DNA of 63,084 nucleotides, counting the filler, from Rhabdomonas costata (Eukaryota), in the NCBI GenBank assembly GCA_019059605.1. It is 33 parts of 33 records of this genome, joined end to end, with 100 filler letters (N's around TTAATTAATTAA, not from the genome) between each part and the next. Parts side by side here need not be neighbours in the genome. Positions count along the whole stretch, not along the records: positions 11,501 to 13,316 come from JAHMHO010008655.1; positions 13,417 to 15,237 come from JAHMHO010008656.1; positions 15,338 to 17,153 come from JAHMHO010008657.1; positions 17,254 to 19,068 come from JAHMHO010008658.1; positions 19,169 to 20,983 come from JAHMHO010008659.1; positions 21,084 to 22,898 come from JAHMHO010008660.1; positions 22,999 to 24,813 come from JAHMHO010008661.1; positions 24,914 to 26,728 come from JAHMHO010008662.1; 25 more parts are not named here. One strand, 5' to 3'. Both the position numbers and the translations under genes were made by a program. Below the pieces are notes generated by a model. The model searched no databases and had not been told where the DNA came from. It saw only the letters and a program-made list of their open reading frames with translations. Below, piece after piece: positions 12,351 to 25,180 of the stretch; position 1 is the first letter of the stretch, and every line of letters starts with the position of its first letter.

Positions 12351-13539
12351 TCCCGTTAACCAACGTGGGGGGTGGTCGAGGAGCTTACCGGAAACAGCTC
12401 CGAAACAGAAGACATTCTCAAAAACAAAACTGAAATAAGGCGAAAGGAAAAGGAAAAGGATAGCCTACGAATCGGACGGAAGATGTTTCAGCGGCCGACC
12501 CCGAATCCTAAACCGGCCTCAGATATGCTTCGCGTCAGGTCAAAAGTGAGAACCCAGTCCAAGCCAAAAACATGCACGGAAAAGGCCCCTTTTTGAGCTG
12601 TTAGGCAGTGAAAAAGCATGGTTTTTAGACTTCTTTATCGCTATATTAATCTCAAATCGTAATTTGAATGTACAGCGAGCAAAATTCTCATTTTGAGGTG
12701 ACGCGGGCAATATATTCTCCAACATACGGGGTGTATGTTGTTGGTGGTGGTTGTGGGGTGGTGAGGTGCGCAATAAAACATTCGCTGGATTTCAGCTGCA
12801 GCACAACAATTCGGAAGGTCATGTGCCCTTCCCAGGATTGCAGGCTTGGCCCCTTTTCATGGAACAAAAAGGGCAGAGAAAATTTGCGTTTATAATTTGC
12901 GAGAGCAATTCGACGTAAGCTAAACTTCATCAAACAAAGCACAAAATACGCATCGACTATGCATTTCTTCTGAACTGGCGGCACTCGGGGACCACGCACG
13001 GATCAGGAAAACAGCGCATGCTACTTTCAACCTCCGGTAACCGCGCCGAAGCGAGGATATGCACATTGACACATTGAGGTGGGGACCCCACTTCCTCCAC
13101 AAGGTATCATCCAGCAAACGAAAAGGACCACAACTTCACGGGCATCCGCAAACAGCAACTCGAGTTCACATCACCTGTGTCGCTCTCCACCTTCGGATTG
13201 AGGTGAGGTGCTGGCACGATATTGGAAGTTGGGGAAAAAGGTGAAAACTCCTCGGTCAGTCCTAACGCCACACATCGCAGCGTCGACAAGCGCAGAAGCA
13301 GGTTTGGTAGGACAAANNNNNNNNNNNNNNNNNNNNNNNNNNNNNNNNNNNNNNNNNNNNTTAATTAATTAANNNNNNNNNNNNNNNNNNNNNNNNNNNN
13401 NNNNNNNNNNNNNNNNGGTGGGGTGTGCTCTGTTCCCTTACAAGTACTGATGATCCGGGAACCGAGATGTTTCTTCTCATCAGTTCGGTTCAGTTTTGGT
13501 TGTGTTTTGTGATTTTGTTTTTCTGGATGGACGGTTGCA

Positions 13540-13575
13540 TATGGATATGGATATGGATATGGATATGGATATGGA
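13540..13575 (+). repeat. (ATATGG)n hexamer tandem repeat, about 6 copies
   Basis: atggatatggatatggatatggatatggatatgga. Confidence 0.9.
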
Positions 13576-13913
13576 GGCATTCAAATTCCGAGGGACGCAT
13601 CGTTCCGTTGCTAAGAGGAGCTGTGAATTCTGCGTTTTGTGTGCATCGTGGTAGAGTTAGGGGTTGCCTCTGCCTTGTGCGACGCACTTTAAACACAAAA
13701 CTGCACATTATTCCCAAACGGTGTCGACACGGAATCCTGAATTCGCTTTAATTAATTGCTCCCCCTGCGTTGTAGGATTTAATCCATCCAGATCGACCTG
13801 CACTCTTCCTGGTTTTCTGGGTTACCATTAAACAGGCACCGGGAGACCAGTTTTAGGTTAAAGGGCTTCGAAACGAGATGCCTCACTCACCCGTGTTATT
13901 TTCCTGTCTGCAG

Positions 13914-14945
13914 GTTCCTTATACGGAAATTGACTGGAAGGCGTACATGGAGGAGGTGGCTGGCTTTTTGGCCGGGGAGAGGGATTACACCAAGCTTCGA
14001 GGTTGTCCTCCCTCCCACTTCCCTCGAATCTTATGGTTTTTGTATGGGCTGGGGGACCAGAGCGCGGCCCAAAGGGCAGGCTTCACTCTCGCCCCGCTCC
14101 TTTTTTCGCTGGGAATTCTGGGTGCTATGCACGTGAGCGCCTCCTGAGCTCACTTGACCGGCAAGCCGGACAACAGGGTTGGCCAGTTTCTCGATATGTT
14201 AATAAATATTTAAGAATCAGTAATTTTTTAATTTAGGGGTACCGAAAAACGAATTTTTTAATGATACCAATGGAATGGAAAACCGTCACCAGTTTTTTAT
14301 CGACATATTCCAGTGGGTTCCCCATTTTCCTTATTTTTTCTATTTTCGAGTCCAGTTTTCCTCGTATAGTAATGTCGAACGGGGCAACGTTATTGTATTG
14401 TAGGTGGCACCGGGCCCTTGGTATACCCCGCTGGGTTCGTGTACATCTACTCCGTGCTGTACTGGATCACCTCCAGTGGCGCGGACATCTTCCTCGCCCA
14501 AGTCATCTTCGCGGTATCTGGGTTGCTCTCAAAAAGAGAGAACTGCATTATCAAGGAAACTCGGCGGAATGTTTTTGGCTCTTCGGTTTGAGTGAGGTTG
14601 CAGATTGTTATCTTGGGGTTGCGCCCGTTGGCGGGAAAAACTCCAGGGGTGCCCAGTTCGTGTGTGTGTGTGTGTGTGTGTGTGTGTTGCTGTTGTTTTC
14701 CCCTTGTTTTGTGGGGAAACTTGAGCGTGGGTGGTTTCGGACCCGTTGTATTGTGTTTTTTCTGGTGAAAACCAGTGGTTGCTTCCTCCAATGTGTTTGC
14801 TCATGTGGATTGGTGGGTTGCAGGGGCTGTACCTCGCCTTCATCGCCGCTGTGGTTGCGATTTATATCCGTGTCCCCAAACCCTCCCCTGTGGCCATCAT
14901 CGCGCTATGCTTGTCGCGGCGCGTGCACAGCATCTTTATCCTCCG
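13914..14945 (+). CDS. ALG3: Dol-P-Man:Man5GlcNAc2-PP-Dol alpha-1,3-mannosyltransferase, partial (exons 13914-14001, 14404-14513, 14824-14945)
   Basis: Signature [22 protein letters not shown]...[16 protein letters not shown]...[14 protein letters not shown] phases consistent. Confidence 0.96.
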
Positions 14946-15108
14946 GTACTACTCAGGAGAGGCCCCACCCCCTCTTTTTGTATTGCTATGACGACGATAT
15001 TGTCGTGATGATGTCAAAGGGAGGTTCGCATCCTTACTAGCGAGTTGGCATCTGAAGGTGTTCTCTGCTGGAGTTCCTTGCATCACAGGGAGGTTTTTGA
15101 GTTTTCGA

Positions 15109-15229
15109 GTCTTTTGAAGTATTGCGCTGCACTGTGTGCATCACCATTACTTTCACGGATCATGCTGTGCTTTGATATTGGCTGGATGAAGGGGTGGAGC
15201 ACACAGTGCAGCGCAATACTTCAAAAGAC
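15109..15229. repeat. Perfect 31-bp inverted repeat (15109-15139 / 15199-15229) at contig end
   Basis: gtcttttgaagtattgcgctgcactgtgtgc ... gcacacagtgcagcgcaatacttcaaaagac. Confidence 0.95.
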
Positions 15230-15688
15230 CCAAAAACNNNNNNNNNNNNNNNNNNNNNNNNNNNNNNNNNNNNNNNNNNNNTTAATTAATTAANNNNNNN
15301 NNNNNNNNNNNNNNNNNNNNNNNNNNNNNNNNNNNNNGTGGGTGTGTCAAAAACCAAAAAAAAAAACGCGAGTAGAACTCGAAATACAAGCGGAGTGACC
15401 ACTTTCTTGAGTGTTCTTGTGTGTGGACCGGGGACAGAAACCTTCCTGCGCATGACAACGTGCTACTTCAAGCGAGTGCAGGTTTGTTTCACTGACGTAC
15501 CCCTTGGTTTTCTTGTCTTTGCACGCGCTTGCGTGTGTAAAAACTCGGAAGCAATCTCACGGCTCAGAAACATGGCTTACAAAGGTCAGCCAGAAGTCGT
15601 GAGAGTACGTATGCGCGTGCGTGAGAGATGAGAAAAGAGAGGGTGGGGTGCTGATGAGGGGTGACGGTGGAAGGTTGGGGAAAGGCAC

Positions 15689-17026
15689 CTTCGGCGGATC
15701 TCCGTGACCTGGGCCCGGTAGTACGCCAGGGCAACCAGGGAGCTGGGTCGCACCCCGCCCAGCAGCAGGAACCGGATCAGGTCCACACACATCTGGGCTT
15801 CCGGGGGGTTCACCAGGCTAGCCCCACCGGGCCCCAGTTGCTATCACAGAGCAGAGCAAATTGGAGGTGCGAAACAGAAAAACATGTGATGTGGAAAAGT
15901 AAAAGAAATCACAGCCATCAATATTAGGAAATGGATTGAAATCACCAGATTTCAGGGACTGAAGGCACTGGGTGTCGAAGTGAGAGGAAACACACACTTA
16001 CCTCTGGGTGATCGTGGGTCCAGAAAAACACCGACGAGGCCATCCCCGGGATCCCGGAGGGGGGCAGCAGCCCAACCGACGACCCCCCGCCCATCGCTGG
16101 GGGGCCCACCGCGAGGGTCCTTCCCACCACCACTGGGTCGTCGTAGAGGTGGTCATACACTGGCCGCAGCAGGGCGCTCACGGGCTCGGCCATCCTACGC
16201 TGCGTGCACAGCATCTGGCACCGCACGTCGTTGTTGCTCATCCGCTCAAACAGGGAGAGGTCGGAGCGGGCGGAGCGGGCTAAGGCGGGGTAGTGGGTTT
16301 GCGGTCGCATCTGCTGGTCATCCCCCAGCAGGATGATCTGGAGAACGAGAAAAAGGCGGGTCTATCGGGGCTCAGGACGGTGGAGACCAGTTTGAAGAAG
16401 GCAGAAAGGCAGCTGCAAAACCTTTTCCAGGATTCCATGACCGATCCTATGCCCTCGGTAACCTCACAGCCTTGCAGCGACTCTAGCTGTTAGGGAACAC
16501 TCACCAGTTGACGGTTTAACAGCTAGAGATGGCCAAAGCTTGGCCCAAGTCGTGAGGTCGAAGTGCAAAAACTAGCGCCGCGCGTTTTCACCACAAAAAG
16601 TGACAATGCAAACAAAACTCACAGTTTTCACATAGTTTTCGGGTCCCCTTGAGATTCTACGGAAAACATGACAAGCCAACTGGTAGAATGACGGCAGCGA
16701 AGTGTACATTTTCCAAGGGTGAACCCGCTTTTCGGGTTTCTCACCGCACCTTGATAAATTTGGTACGTAACACGGAATCTTTCTTGGATTCCTTGCCCCG
16801 TGCCTGTTTCTGGCCATGTAACAGCCAACAGCAAGAAGGGACAGCACTCGACCTGCTGCAGGGAAGTGCTCATTAGCGCGGGCAGGAGGCGACCCTCGGA
16901 GATCGTCGCGGCCTCCTCCACGATCAGCACCATGGGGTTCAGCTCCCGCACCACAGGCAGGAGCTCCGCACAGGCCCCCGCGGTAATCCCAATGACCTCG
17001 GCGCGCCGGAGCACGTCTAGCTTGAC
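15689..17026 (-). CDS. UPF1-like SF1 RNA helicase, ZNFX1-like, partial (exons 17026-16853, 16337-16002, 15840-15689)
   Basis: VIGITAGA, LIVEEAA (Walker B variant typical of ZNFX1), LLGDDQQMRP, SLFERM, L.TQRRM, VFFWTHDHPE, S..N..EA, YYRAQV. Confidence 0.85.
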
Positions 17027-17409
17027 CTAATTTTCCGGGAAAGAAAAAGAAGCGAGAGGCTCCCAGGAATGAGCGATTTTTTTCGGACGGGGAGGAGTTA
17101 AAGATATGGTGGGGATTGATTTTCCCTCTGTCCCGCTCCTCTCCCACACCACANNNNNNNNNNNNNNNNNNNNNNNNNNNNNNNNNNNNNNNNNNNNTTA
17201 ATTAATTAANNNNNNNNNNNNNNNNNNNNNNNNNNNNNNNNNNNNNNNNNNNNAGCTTCTTCAATGCTTCAATGCGACTAATCCTGAAGCCCTCAAAGGG
17301 ATATCTGGTTTTGTGCTAAAAAGCTCTCTCCCTATAATATATTCTCCATCCTGTCCACTTTGCCCCCTCCCTCCCTGCGGGTTCTCATTTTGCCCCCTTT
17401 ATCCGAAAG

Positions 17410-19024
17410 GTATTCATCATCCAATTGTGCATTATGGTGGGTATACTCAAGCTCAAGACCTCGTCGTTTCTTTCTCTGCCTCTCCTCATCAAAAGCATCA
17501 AAAATAAATAGGCGCGCTCGCGACAGCAAGCTTGCCAGCAGCCAAAAAGCAGAGATGCCATCTGACCGCTGACGACCCTTAGTTTACTTGGCTGCAACTG
17601 CAAGGAAGGACCTACTCAGCATACACCCACACGAAAACCTTTGGCTTGTGCAGCGGTCGAAAAGCTACACAAAAAAGAGCAAACGGGCGAGAGGGCGTGA
17701 AGGGTGGGGTGCAAAAACCTTCAGCTTGCTTAACTCCATGTTTACGATCCTATCCAGCTTCTTCTGCTCCACCTGGGCAGCATACGCCTTTTTCTGCAGC
17801 CTCTGAATATCCTGCAGTGAAGCAACGGAGGAGTTGAATCGGGGAAGGAAAGACAACCGATGGAAGCAAACCCTCCCCAACTGGGCGTGTTGTGCATACA
17901 GTCGGTTGGGGAAAATCCATCTTCCAGCATCCCAACATTTTCATTTTTTCCATTCGCATTTTTCGTATTTTTTCTGCTTTTTTTATTTGCAAAAATATGG
18001 GGATCCGCACACGCGCTTCTCTAACCACCGACTCCAACCAAGTGCAGTTGAATGACTGCCTGTAGCTTGCAGCCTGCAGTAGCAAGAAACGGAATTGGGA
18101 CATAAAGATGATATATATGTCTGGGTTCTTCTGCAAATCTTCGCTGGATTACCAAAAACAAGCTCTGGACACTGGAACTGTGCACCTCTCTCCTCCTTCT
18201 CTACTGTTGTCCGTGACCTTTTTTCACCTCACTACATTGTGCAATTTCCGTTGAACTATGGTGCGTATATGTATCGTACACATTGCCTTCACTTTTTAGC
18301 TTTTTTCTTCTTCAGAAAACCATGGCTCTGACACTTTGCTGGCAGAGATGCACAAATTGTTTTGCCCTTAAGATTTTGTTTGATGCGCTACTCTGCGTGT
18401 GAGGCGGCGCACCACTTCCTTGAGGTGAGCCTGCTTCTGGCTCTGCAGGACGTCCCTCCGGTGCCCAACCTCGTCGAGCTTGTCGCGTGAGGCCTCTGCA
18501 ACCGCTAGCTTGGCACGGATCGTGTTCTGCAGAAGCTCATCGATCTCGGTGTTTTTCTTGGCCTCCCGCGCCTCCCGGTTGGAAAGCTGACCAATGAGAA
18601 ACCTCCGGCACCTTCACCTTCATGTTACCCAAATGAAATCGAGCTAAATCTTTTTGAAATAATGCTATGAGACACTCTAAGAATCGGCATTTCTTGGAGA
18701 AATTGCAGGGGATGACTGCACCCAACATCGGGCCATCGCATAAGAAGTAAAAAATCTTTCATAGGTGCATACCCAATTTTCAAACTCTTGCTTTCGCTCT
18801 CGCTTCCACTCGACCAGCTTCTGCTCCCGGCTGGCTCTGAAGTCCTCGATCTTCTTGCGACGCTCTTCCAGAATCCGCTCCGCGTTGCTCACACATACTT
18901 TAACATGGAGCTCCGTCTGTCCACGAAGTTCTTCCTGATGCTGCAGCCGCCGCTGCTCTGCCAGCTGCAGTTGCAGCTTCTTTTCGGCGATTCTGTGAAC
19001 AAACGTCGTGCTCTCGATTTTCAA
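17410..19024 (-). CDS. Coiled-coil hypothetical protein, several exons (boundaries approximate)
   Basis: E/K/R/Q-rich helical frames (AEKKLQLQLAEQRR..., ERILEERRKKIEDF..., QKKAYAAQVEQKKLDR). Confidence 0.5.
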
Positions 19025-19362
19025 AAGTGACTGATTGCCACTTGCACATACAGTTCTAAAAACAAAAANNNNNNNNNNNNNNNNNNNNNNNNNNNNNNNN
19101 NNNNNNNNNNNNTTAATTAATTAANNNNNNNNNNNNNNNNNNNNNNNNNNNNNNNNNNNNNNNNNNNNGGTGTGGGGTCGTCTTTTTAGTCTATATTTGT
19201 GCCGGTGGTCCTTCGCGGCAATCTGTGGTGTGCCGTCGTTAAAAACTCTCAGTTTACAGTGTAGCCTGCCATACTTCTCGTGATATTGGCATGGGTCACG
19301 CACCTGAAGCCGCCCCGTGCCACAGCGCTTCGCGGCGTTCCAGTGGATTACCATGTACTCAC

Positions 19363-20185
19363 CCTCCAGCGCGGCTAGGGTACCGCTGTGGGTCACGATC
19401 ACGGGATGAACCTGGAATGAAAACAGTCTGACAAAATTGCTTATTCTTTCCAAAATGGAACTCAAAAAGGCCTCAGAAAGGCTCAGCAGCGACAATTCGC
19501 AAACATATAGCCCACTCCGGAGCCAGAGTTCAACCCTTGAGAATGCAAAGCTTAGCGACCGCAATGAAACAGAAGTTGTCATCAAGTAGATGCCGTTTGA
19601 GCGGCCCTAACATCCACTCCGAAGCAACCCAAAAACCGAACCAGCCATGCAAAAATGCAGTCCTCCTGTGCTAAAAGGCATATCTCCGGACGCAGGCCTG
19701 CGTAGGGGGTCAAAGAGTGCTATCTCAGCTTTGAAAATGCTGTCACCATGAAAGGCTGGGAGCCGACATTCTGCGTGTGAATGTGCAGTATGGATATTCA
19801 CATAACTCCAATGCCAATAATGATGTTACGGCTCCCCTCCCGATAATGCCCACACACCGCGGCGATCATCTCGTTGTACGCCCGAAGCGTCTTGCCTGGG
19901 TCAGAAGACAGCAAGCTGCAAAACTTGGGCAGCCGAAGCACCAACATGGTAACCTGAACACATACAAAAAAAAACGCACATGGAAGTTCCAGCACTGTGG
20001 CATTTATACACTGATGTTTTTCCTCTCTCTCTCTCTCGCTTTCCCACCAGTAACTGTTCTTTTTGTTGACACGTGTCACTGCCCTCTCGCCCGCCCCAGC
20101 ATTTTGTAGAACTATGAAGGGCGCCTTCCCGCCCGTTGCCCGTGGTGCTTCCGTGGTGCTGAGCTGTGGTGGTCTGTCTTGCCTT
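19363..20185 (-). CDS. Class III nucleotidyl cyclase-like domain, N-terminal half (exons 20185-20080, 19953-19858, 19411-19363)
   Basis: Spliced GERA|VTMLVLRLPKF......P......YNEMIAA|VHPVIVTHSGTLAALEG follows the beta1/alpha2/'G....GD' layout of class III cyclases. The first metal-binding Asp appears absent. Confidence 0.55.
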
Positions 20186-21369
20186 CTGGTTTGCCAGAAA
20201 AACGGAGGCTTCCGCAAGGAAACTTTGGCTTTGTTTAAAGAAGGCGGCGACCCTTACCTGTGGGTGTGGTGGATAGGGGGGCAGGGTTTCTTCCACGGAA
20301 TCGCCTACCTACGAGGACCTGCTCGGTGTTAATTTCGAGTAGGACGACGCGCGCGTGTTGGTGCAGACAAACAAAGGATAAAAAGGCAGTACTAACTTGT
20401 CTGGCGCATTGCATACCATGCATAAAACATCCATACGCCGACTGTCTGCAGATCATATTAGCTTTGAGGTACCCACAACTTGGTATTACATTTATGCAAA
20501 CCGTCGTATGACACCTTTTGCGGTTTTCCTAACAGAATCTACATAAAAACCACAGAAAAAGCACGCACCGGGCGCCTAAGCACATCCGGCTCAGCTGTGG
20601 AGCAGCCCGAGGACGAGACAAGCTTCCGAAGTTGAGTCGGGGTCCCCGTGACCTTCGGCGTGCTCGCCGGAGAGGTACACGCTGGAGTGTCTGCCTTCAC
20701 GATCGCCGTGCTGAAACGCTATTCAAAATCAAAGGGATAGCGCTGGCGAGGCAGTCAGACGGACACACACATATGAGACTGAAGTCTGGGGTGTGGCAAA
20801 GAAGACACACAGTGAGCTGGGTGTGAAGGGTAAACACTGGCACGGATACTATCAGGCCCCAAATCGGCTCGAATTCACATCGAGGTCTACACTGGTCTCG
20901 ATTAGGCGTTAGGCTGAAGGCAACTCTGGCCCAACCCCAACCAGGTCTTACCCTGCGGAACACGGCACCTGCTAGGGGACAAANNNNNNNNNNNNNNNNN
21001 NNNNNNNNNNNNNNNNNNNNNNNNNNNTTAATTAATTAANNNNNNNNNNNNNNNNNNNNNNNNNNNNNNNNNNNNNNNNNNNNTGTTTTGTGTCCAGGTC
21101 AGAGCTCCTTCATTCCAAACAGGTAAGCAAATGACGGTCATCCGAAAGAACGAGAGATGGAGGCGACAAGTAGAAGGCAATTGCCATTGGGTTAAGGGCG
21201 CGCGTCGACAGTACAGGAAAAATAGTGAGGTAAATCGTTGAGCCAAAGCGAACCGGAACCGGAACCGGAACCGAAGCTGAGAGCAAAGCAACCCGGTCTA
21301 GCGAAGTAACTGCTCCCCTAAGGAGTATCGAACAACATCGAAGAAAAAGGAATCCTCTCCGCTCTTCAG

Positions 21370-22210
21370 TGAGCAAGGAGGATGCCGCCGCGTCTCGGCC
21401 TGCCTCTGGTGGGGCTCCCGCGAAGGCCGGGGTGGACCCCCGGCAGCAGGCCCGGATGTTCCCACAGTTTGGGCGCCAGCACGCCGCTGGGTTGGGCAGC
21501 TCGGAGGGCCAGAACTGGCTCACCAGCCTGGAGTACGAGGTCGCACGCACCTGTTGTCGTAAAGGAAGGAATCCGATCAGGACCAGAACGCGAAAGAACT
21601 CGAAAAGAAAAACTCGAAAGCGAAGGTCCTCAGGGGTCCAGCCGTTGCTCGTTTCATTTCACCTATTCCCTTATCGTTGCAATCACATACCATGCAGTAA
21701 TATTTTGTTATTGCATTCTTTGCATTCTGGCTTGGTGTTTTGTGTTATGCTCTTGCTATCGAAAAAAAAACACCTTCAAAAAATCGCATCATTGCTCACC
21801 GCCGACCGCTGTTTCTGATTCGTTTCCCCCCCAGGGTCCCTTGTTGTTGGCTTCCACCCGCTCTTCCCTCGTCCTCCGTGAATAGTTGCCTCGCTGTATC
21901 AATGCTCCCCCGGTTGTGAACAGCCTGTGCCATTTCCATTGCTTTGACGATAGCGTTGTGGGTTTGTTTACCCGGTTGCCTGTTCTCTCTTACCTCCTCT
22001 TCTTCTGCTTCTTGGTATCTTCCGTGAGTGTATGTGACAGGGTGTTGGTTGGTGGGGTGTCCGCAGATCTGGGTCACGCTGAATCGGATGCGCACCGCCC
22101 CGCAGAGCTTCCTCGAGGTCCTCCGCAAGCAGCTCGCCACGGTGCATGGCCGGAGCTTCCGCGCAGTGGATCCCCACACGGGCGCCCCGGGCGCCTTCCG
22201 GATCTCTCAG
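21370..22210 (+). CDS. CAP/SCP-like domain protein fragment (exons 21370-21539, 22067-22210)
   Basis: Spliced WLTSLEYE|IWVTLNRMRTAPQSFLEVL resembles the 'E.ev..elN..R..P..y...l' start of protist CAP/SCP domains. Clean GT-AG junctions. Confidence 0.5.
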
Positions 22211-24929
22211 GTATCCCTTGCTCACCCCCACATCAGTACCCCTCTATATGTCTCCCTCTCTGGCCAATTCTGTAAGAAATTCGGCTGCTTATAGTCAAAA
22301 AGCATCAAAATGACATTTTTTCCGCCGCTCTTTGCCGACCTAAGTCTTATTGCCTTCCTCTTTTTGTGTGTGGATAAGCATATTTGCCCACTAATTCAAG
22401 CCCAAGTTACAGCCTGGATGGCCACCTCATTCACGCGCACACGCACACACTCATGCTTCATTTAAACGTGAAGACGCGAGGACCGGAGACTCCTGGACGT
22501 CACAGAGCTTGTGAACCGAGTTCTTCCGTTCTTGCATTGTGGGCCAGCACGTCCAACGGGTCCCTTACGCGCCCATTCACTTGCCGCATAAACTAACTTG
22601 AATTAGGATTGTGAAATTGTGAATTTTCACAATAATTTCGAAAAGATTCTGAAAAATCCATGTATTTCCAGATTTGGGTTGAATCTACCGGACACTTTTC
22701 CGCTACCGACATCTCGAGTGGCACCCTACTACCAAGTGCATCTGTCCGTCAGCAAGTGTCTGCTCCACTGCCTACCTCACACTCCGTACCTCACAAGCGC
22801 ACAAGGGGACCCAGACAGCAGCAGCCCCAAATCAGCCACCACGCTGTGCTAACCCTGAACCCTCTCAACACATTGCAGTATCTTGGGCACCACCAACCNN
22901 NNNNNNNNNNNNNNNNNNNNNNNNNNNNNNNNNNNNNNNNNNTTAATTAATTAANNNNNNNNNNNNNNNNNNNNNNNNNNNNNNNNNNNNNNNNNNNNGT
23001 GTTTGTGGAGCATGAGAGGACCTTTGAGGAACTTTGTGACGACCGTAGTGAGAGCCGAGCAAAGTCCATCTTCTAGAATCACTTATTCTATACGTGTCTC
23101 TTCACTCTCATGATGATCCCTGCCTATCGTCTGGGACCATCATGTTCGTTTCAACCGGCGTAGCCATGCGTGACTTCCCCAGTTTGGGTTCAACTTAATG
23201 CGTGGTTTACGCTTTACCACTTCACATTTCTACTGAGTGGTGAGTCTGAGGTTGAGTTTGGCGTCTCTAATGGCATCCTTTCACTCCAACGACAACAGGG
23301 GCCATGCATTACACACAGTGTACCAGGTGATGCATTTCCATTTCTGCATTCGTTGTGTCGGTCTGTGCTCATCGGCATCTACACCATCAGCATCCTCCGT
23401 AGACGTGTGAAATTCCACTTGGCATTACATTGCAATGTCCATGCAACGACACCCTACGTTGTGTTGACTGGTAGCCCAGGACACACCTTGTGATGACGTA
23501 AGGCTGTGGATGCGAAGCCATTTTCAGCAGGTCCTACGCCAACACAATTACCACACAGAAACACATGATAGGAATAGAGGGAATACACGCACACTATGCA
23601 TACCTTATGCCTACTGTGCTGATGGTGATGGTGGGTTGGGGTGGCCAGGCAGGACCATCATCACGACTGCCCATGACATCACCACCCTGGGTGGAGGAGC
23701 TAACACTACGGGTGTAGTGATACCATAGCAGCAGGCAACCAGTGCACTACCAACATGGGTTACACCACGACGTAGGGTTAGCATCCACAACCAGTCCATA
23801 ACCCACCATGTGACGTATGCTACTACTACCATGGCAACAAGGCCAATGGGTTGGTGTACATCGCCCTCATGTTGCTAGTGTGGTGTGTCCTACCACTGAA
23901 TGAGGCCATAACGCAGTGCCCACCTCATACCAACCATACATCATGTGGTAACTTAGTTCCTGAGCTACTGCACATACCCTATGTTCAACGCGGGGACTCC
24001 ACATCTACCACTAAGATACACAAGCGCGTGGTTCACCGTATGACCTATGCACACCCTACAGTAGTGAGCGGTGGCCTTATCCATGGTTTACCAGCGTGCG
24101 TTGCCAGGCGTAACTGATCTATCAATTTTGCATGTGGAATGTTCTACGCGTGTTACTGTGGCCTGAGCTTCTGTCTGTGATATCTGTGGAACTGTAGAGA
24201 GCGGTTTCTGGCAGTTTCTGTCATCTAGAGGAGTTATGTGGAAGCCGTAGACACGATCAAACGCATAGGGTCGATGCAACAATGGGTAAGAAAGGCATGG
24301 TTGACTGAAACACGACACAGCACAAACAGAGATACGCGCACAACCCATAGATACACGTCCAACACCACCCGAGATACACGCCCAACTCAATGCAACCGAC
24401 AGATTCACGCCCACCACTACCGCTTCGCCGACTCACCAACGCATCATGAACACCAAACCACTAAACAAGCCACATCTCACGAAAACCAGCGACATGGTTA
24501 ATCTTCCTACTAAATCCGTTCATCACTTTTTCGTGGGCCTGGGCGTTCCATCCCATATACCGGGTGATACTTCCGGCTGGGTTCGTGCGAATACGTGGTT
24601 GCCAGTGCCAAAGCTCATGACCAGGTTCACATAGCCATACCATGAATCGCCAGAAGCCCCCGAGGGGACCATTTTAGAGACAGGAGACCAAAGACATGAT
24701 AGCATACACAAATAGAGCATGTGTTCCAATGCCGAAAGCCGAACCCAAAGGCGAAACCCGAATGTAAACCCGAATGCGAAAACCAAAGACCAAGCCGAAA
24801 TTCCAACCCCAACNNNNNNNNNNNNNNNNNNNNNNNNNNNNNNNNNNNNNNNNNNNNTTAATTAATTAANNNNNNNNNNNNNNNNNNNNNNNNNNNNNNN
24901 NNNNNNNNNNNNNAAATAGTGCTCGAACA

Positions 24930-25180
24930 CTTCTTAGTGGGGTGATTAGCGAAGAGTGGAGGGGGGTGGGGGTTAAAGGGTCCAAGACCAGCACATCAGG
25001 ACGGCTATTGTTGTCGTCCCAACGACACCTGTGTGCTCCTTGCATGGTTCGTGAGTTGGCCTGCCTACCATAGCTTGGTATCACGTTGATTCTGTCTGTG
25101 TGGGAGCGTGATGGTTGTTGATGTGGGATTTGTAGGGAAACCCCCTGCAGTGGATCAGTGTGGAGGGCAACCCGATGCGA
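24930..25180 (-). mobile_element. Possible decayed non-LTR retrotransposon C-terminus (restriction-like endonuclease, CRE/R2-type)
   Basis: ...DDNNSRPDVLVLDP resembles the RPD motif of RLE endonucleases, preceded by a frameshifted His-containing segment. No introns. Confidence 0.35.

Noticed and set aside
23815-23865. YHGNKANGLV as an LTR-retrotransposon integrase motif (YHPQANGLVER)
   Set aside because: The match is too short, with no supporting D,D(35)E context recognisable nearby.
24730-24813. Degenerate (AACCCG)-like run as a telomere; also (AACCGG)n at 21251-21275
   Set aside because: Short and highly degenerate, better explained as simple repeats.
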